A stretch of 64,000 nt of DNA. It comes from Abditibacteriaceae bacterium. GTDB lineage: Bacteria; Armatimonadota; Abditibacteriia; Abditibacteriales; Abditibacteriaceae. Every line of letters begins with the position of its first letter. Within the stretch, counting starts at the first letter, position 1. Shown here piece by piece: positions 60,476-64,000 of this stretch. The stretch lies in contig OZ255721.1 in NCBI GenBank assembly GCA_965277285.1, forward strand, positions 320,001 through 384,000, given 5' to 3'. Position numbers and translations under genes: made by a program. The notes under the pieces are model-generated. The model ran no database searches and was not told the origin of the DNA. It saw only the letters and a list, made by a program, of their open reading frames with translations.

Positions 60476-61474
60476 CTACTTTTCTGCATCATATTCTTCG
60501 CGCGAACGCGTGAACATTTCGCGGATGACGCGCTCGATTTCGACTTCTTCCACTGCCAAATCTTCGACATCTAAAACGCGCAACGCTTCGCTGACGCGAC
60601 TCGCCACATCGTCGCGCGGCACGGAAAACGAAACGCGTGCGCCTTCGATTTCAAGGTCGTCGCCCAGATTTTCGAGTACTCGTTGTTCGGGAACACGGCG
60701 CAACGTCAAGCGAACGCGACGAAAATCGGCGAAGCGATTCGACAACTCTTCCAAAGCGCCATCAAAAACGCTGCGTCCGTGATCAATCACAATGACACGC
60801 TTGCATAAGGCTTGAATGTCGGCCATGTAATGCGAAGTCAGCAAAACTGTGATGCCAGTTCGTTCATTATAATCGCGCAAGAATTCGCGGATGCGCACCT
60901 GCGAAACCACATCCAAGCCAATCGTCGGCTCATCCAGAAACAAAACTTCGGGCGAATGCAGCAAACTCGCCGCGATTTCGCATTTCATCCTTTCGCCCAA
61001 ACTCAGCTTGCGGACGGGAACTTGAAGATATTCTTTCAAATCGAGCAGTTCGGTCAACTCTTTCACTTTGTCGTCGAAAGCCACGCGCGGAATATCGTAA
61101 ATGTCGCGGTTGAGCAAGAAACTGTCGAGCGCCGGTAAATCCCACCACAACTGGTTTTTTTGTCCCAGCACAAGCGAAAAACGTTTCTGAAAAGCGGCGA
61201 TTCTGTCCCAAGGTTGATAATCGAGTACTCGAATGTGCCCGCTGGTCGGATGCAAGACGCCGGACAAGATTTTCAAGGTCGTAGTTTTGCCCGCGCCATT
61301 TGGCCCCAGAAAACCGACGAACTCGCCTTTTTCTACATTGAACGAAACGTCATCAACGGCGGTTTTGGTGATGTATTGGCGCTTGAACAAACCGCGCAAC
61401 GCGCCACCTAAACCAGGTTGTTTGACGTGCGTTGTAAAGCGGCGCGTGAGGTTACGCACTTCGATTGCAGGCAT
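60476..61474 (-). CDS. ABC transporter ATP-binding protein (ABC-2/exporter type)
   Basis: GPNGAGKTT, GQKNQLWWDLP, LSLGERMK, LDEPTIGLD. Confidence 0.88.
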   Translation of the reverse strand: MPAIEVRNLTRRFTTHVKQPGLGGALRGLFKRQYITKTAVDDVSFNVEKGEFVGFLGPNGAGKTTTLKILSGVLHPTSGHIRVLDYQPWDRIAAFQKRFSLVLGQKNQLWWDLPALDSFLLNRDIYDIPRVAFDDKVKELTELLDLKEYLQVPVRKLSLGERMKCEIAASLLHSPEVLFLDEPTIGLDVVSQVRIREFLRDYNERTGITVLLTSHYMADIQALCKRVIVIDHGRSVFDGALEELSNRFADFRRVRLTLRRVPEQRVLENLGDDLEIEGARVSFSVPRDDVASRVSEALRVLDVEDLAVEEVEIERVIREMFTRSREEYDAEK

Positions 61475-61485
61475 GAAAGTGGAGA

Positions 61486-61555
61486 CAGCGAACCCGAAGC
61501 GTCAGCGAGGAAGATAGTTTGGGAAATCTTCCTCTCTGACGCTTCGGGTTCGCTG
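61486..61555. repeat. Intergenic inverted repeat, family B
   Basis: CAGCGAACCCGAAGCGTCAGCGAGGAAGAT / ATCTTCCTCTCTGACGCTTCGGGTTCGCTG. Confidence 0.88.
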
Positions 61556-61562
61556 GAGAAAA

Positions 61563-62912
61563 CTAAACGATGCGATTTTCTGCAACGACGGTTTTGAACC
61601 ATTGCGCGCTAAGTTTGGGAGTGCGCTTTTGCGTTTTGAAATCGACGTGGACGATGCCGAAACGCTTGTCGTAGCCTTCCGCCCACTCAAAATTATCCAT
61701 CAGCGACCACAGGAAATAACCTTTGCAATTGAAGCCTTCGTCCACCGCACGATGTAAGCCGATGAGATAATTGCGCACATATTCGCGGCGATCCAGATCG
61801 AGAACTTCGCCTTGTTCGTTCATTTCGTCCGCGCAACATACACCGTTTTCCGTGATGTATGTCGTTTCGACGCCGTAGTTCTCGTGCGCATGGCGAACTG
61901 CCCAATATAAGGTTTGCGGCGCAATGTTGAGCCACGGCAAATCGGCTTGCGGAAATTGTTTGGGAAAAGGCACTCTTTCCGGTTGACCGTTTTTATCGGC
62001 GCGCACAAAGGTACCTGTGTACATATTCAAGCCCAAAAAGTCGGTCGGCGAAGCAATTAATTCCATGTCGCCTTCTTCGATCTTGGGCGCGTCGTCGCCG
62101 ATTTTGGCGAGCCATTCTGAGGGATATTGACCTTTGTAAAGCGGCTCCATCAATTGGCCGTTGAGTGCGCGATCTTCGATGCGTGCCGCTTCGATGTCGT
62201 CTTTGGTTTCGGTCAACGGCAAAGGCGTCGCGGGATTGTTGACGATGCCAACGTGCGCGTTCTTGCCGCCGAATTCGCGCACCACTTGAACCGCGTGACC
62301 ATGCGCCAGCAACGCGTGATGATAACCTTGATTGACTAATTGCGCGCTTTCCGTGCGACCTGGCGCGTGAATTCCGCGCCCGTAACTCAAGCCGATGCAG
62401 CATGGCAATTCATTGAGCGTGAACCAATTTTGAACGCGGTCGCTCAATCGTCGCACCACGATTTCCGCAAAATTGCGAAACGCCCAAACTGTGTCACGGT
62501 TGAGCCAGCCATTGGCGTCTTCCAATTTCTGCGGCAAATCCCAGTGATAAAGCGTAACCCACGGCGTGATATTTTCAGCCAGCAACGCGTCAATCAAGCG
62601 GTCGTAAAAATCCAAACCTTTTTCGTTGATCTGTCCGGTTCCATCCGGCAAAATGCGCGGCCAAGCAACCGAAAGACGATAATTTTGAACACCCAAATGG
62701 TGGCGGATAAGGTAAGCGTCTTCTTTGTAACGATGGTAATGATCGCACGCAATATCCAACGTATCGCCATTGGCAACTTTGCCGGGAACGCGCGAAAATC
62801 TGTCCCAAACGCTTTCGCCTTTGCCATCGTCCCAGGCCGCACCCTCGATTTGCGCCGAAGCCGCCGCCACGCCCCAGACGAAATCATTTGGAAATTGATA
62901 AGAGTTATTCAT
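61563..62912 (-). CDS. Beta-glucosidase (GH1)
   Basis: QIEGA, YHWDLP, TLNEL, ITENG, WSLMDNFEWAEGY. Confidence 0.95.
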   Translation of the reverse strand: MNNSYQFPNDFVWGVAAASAQIEGAAWDDGKGESVWDRFSRVPGKVANGDTLDIACDHYHRYKEDAYLIRHHLGVQNYRLSVAWPRILPDGTGQINEKGLDFYDRLIDALLAENITPWVTLYHWDLPQKLEDANGWLNRDTVWAFRNFAEIVVRRLSDRVQNWFTLNELPCCIGLSYGRGIHAPGRTESAQLVNQGYHHALLAHGHAVQVVREFGGKNAHVGIVNNPATPLPLTETKDDIEAARIEDRALNGQLMEPLYKGQYPSEWLAKIGDDAPKIEEGDMELIASPTDFLGLNMYTGTFVRADKNGQPERVPFPKQFPQADLPWLNIAPQTLYWAVRHAHENYGVETTYITENGVCCADEMNEQGEVLDLDRREYVRNYLIGLHRAVDEGFNCKGYFLWSLMDNFEWAEGYDKRFGIVHVDFKTQKRTPKLSAQWFKTVVAENRIV

Positions 62913-62979
62913 GCTTTCATTATTGTAGAACGATGCCACCAAATGCAATTAAAGCGATCTCCAAAATGGTAATTCAAAT

Positions 62980-63065
62980 AACGAACCCGCAGCGTGAGCG
63001 ACGGGTTTAATTCACAGTTTCATGTGATTGTGAATTAAGCCCGTCGCTCACGCTCAGGGTTCGTT
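62980..63065. repeat. Intergenic inverted repeat, family B
   Basis: AACGAACCCGCAGCGTGAGCGACGGGTTTAATTCACA / TGTGAATTAAGCCCGTCGCTCACGCTCAGGGTTCGTT. Confidence 0.85.
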
Positions 63066-63150
63066 GTCGGAAATTACTTCGTTGAGTCACTATTAAAACA
63101 GAACGAGTACTCGATTTGAGTACTCGTTCTTTATTGTGCATGCAATAGTT

Positions 63151-63942
63151 TTAGAAATGAACTGGAGCCGCTTTCTTCTCGACAGGTTTGGAAAAGCGCG
63201 TCAATTTGCCGTCTTCGCCGACGTGCAGACCGCATTCAGTCTTGTCAGTACCAGCCCAGCGACCGGCGCGGTCATCTTCGCCACTTTTTACGGCGCGCGT
63301 GCAAGGCCAGCAACCAATCGACGGAAAACCTTGTTCGTGCAAAGGATTGGTCGGCACATCGTGTGCGCGAACGTAATCCCAAACCTGGTCTTTGCTCCAG
63401 TTCGCCAGAGGATTGACCTTCACCAGATGCGGGAACTTTACGTCCGGCCCGACAATGGGCGCGCCTTTACGTTCGGGCGTTTGGTCGCGGCGAATCGCTG
63501 TAATCCACGCTTGAAAACCACCAAGCGCGTCTTTCAAAGGCACAACTTTGCGAATGTGGCAGCACTGATTCGGGTCGCTGCCATAAATCGGGCCGCCGAA
63601 ACTCGCTTCCATTTGCTCGACACTTTCCTTCGAGGAAACGAAACGAATCGGCAAGCCGTATTTTTCGATGAGTTTTTCGCGTAATTCCAGCGTTTCTGGA
63701 AACTGATAACCGGTATCGAGGTTGAACAAATCGGGCGTGATGCCGGTTTCGTCGCGCAGTTTCGCCAGCATATCGATGATGACGCAGCCTTCAGCACCGA
63801 AAGCTGTGGCCATCGTCAGTTTTTCGCGGTAGGTTTCAAGCGCCCAGCGTAAAACGTCCTGCGGATTCGAGTACTCGAACGAATGGCTGATGCGATTGAG
63901 TTCTTCCAGCCAGCCGATGTCGTCATTAAAAGCAACATTCAT
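63151..63942 (-). CDS. cysH: (Phospho)adenylyl-sulfate reductase, APS-reductase type
   Basis: LDTGYQFPET, CC...CWPC Fe-S ligands, RAGRW, ECGLH. Confidence 0.92.
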   Translation of the reverse strand: MNVAFNDDIGWLEELNRISHSFEYSNPQDVLRWALETYREKLTMATAFGAEGCVIIDMLAKLRDETGITPDLFNLDTGYQFPETLELREKLIEKYGLPIRFVSSKESVEQMEASFGGPIYGSDPNQCCHIRKVVPLKDALGGFQAWITAIRRDQTPERKGAPIVGPDVKFPHLVKVNPLANWSKDQVWDYVRAHDVPTNPLHEQGFPSIGCWPCTRAVKSGEDDRAGRWAGTDKTECGLHVGEDGKLTRFSKPVEKKAAPVHF

Positions 63943-64000
63943 AAAGTCACCAAAGCTAAGCCTACCCAAATGGTAGGCTTTTGCAAACCATCGTTTCCCT

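Larger units (their letters stand above)
370..63878. repeat. Highly iterated palindrome TCGAGTACTCGA (dispersed, about 50 exact copies)
   Basis: Exact copies start at 370,1298,1966,2615,4232,4883,7718,9661,10166,10863,12137,13289,13575,15103,16154,17200,17701,21097,21679,23432,24555,25008,27007,28194,30473,31606,31891,34307,34945,36678,37167,40022,41015,43926,45071,45527,46777,47504,48743,50511,52663,54053,55469,56319,56663,57925,58556,60311,61221,63867 (manual count). Confidence 0.98.

Noticed and set aside
370..63878. Palindrome interpreted as CRISPR repeats or IS ends
   Set aside because: Only 12-14 bp, dispersed about 1 kb apart, in frame inside core genes, with no spacers, cas genes or transposase
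370..63878. Palindrome as a cloning-linker artefact
   Set aside because: Copies preserve frames and conserved protein context, and many graded mismatch variants exist; a read-level check is still advisable

Overview
GC-rich bacterial chromosomal segment, about 57 CDS, mostly housekeeping and carbohydrate genes. These include the hisC-aroF-tyrA-aroA-cmk-plsC operon, acnA, trxB, a ferredoxin-NADP reductase, xylA, era, an Opp-type ABC operon, mutS2, mgtE, leuB, cysH, and GH1/GH3/GH15 hydrolases. Single AT-richer orphan genes are interleaved among them. I saw no rRNA, tRNA, CRISPR array or full transposase. The dominant unexplained signal is a highly iterated 12-bp palindrome, TCGAGTACTCGA (usually WTCGAGTACTCGAW). 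I counted about 50 exact and about 20 one-mismatch copies by eye, about one per 0.9 kb. They are evenly spaced, sit inside genes in all three frames (SSTR, EYS, RVL[D/E]) and between genes, and are absent from the orphan genes. This resembles the cyanobacterial HIP1 system but with a different, longer motif. Other findings: at least seven families of intergenic inverted repeats; a GxxExxY nuclease-like gene with its own repeats inserted into the opp operon; tandem YrhB/Imm35 fusions to a PilB/GspE N-terminal domain; a gene-end duplication scar recording cassette acquisition; and a lipoprotein gene with a stop codon in its signal peptide. All family calls are from motif recognition only; no database searches were run.
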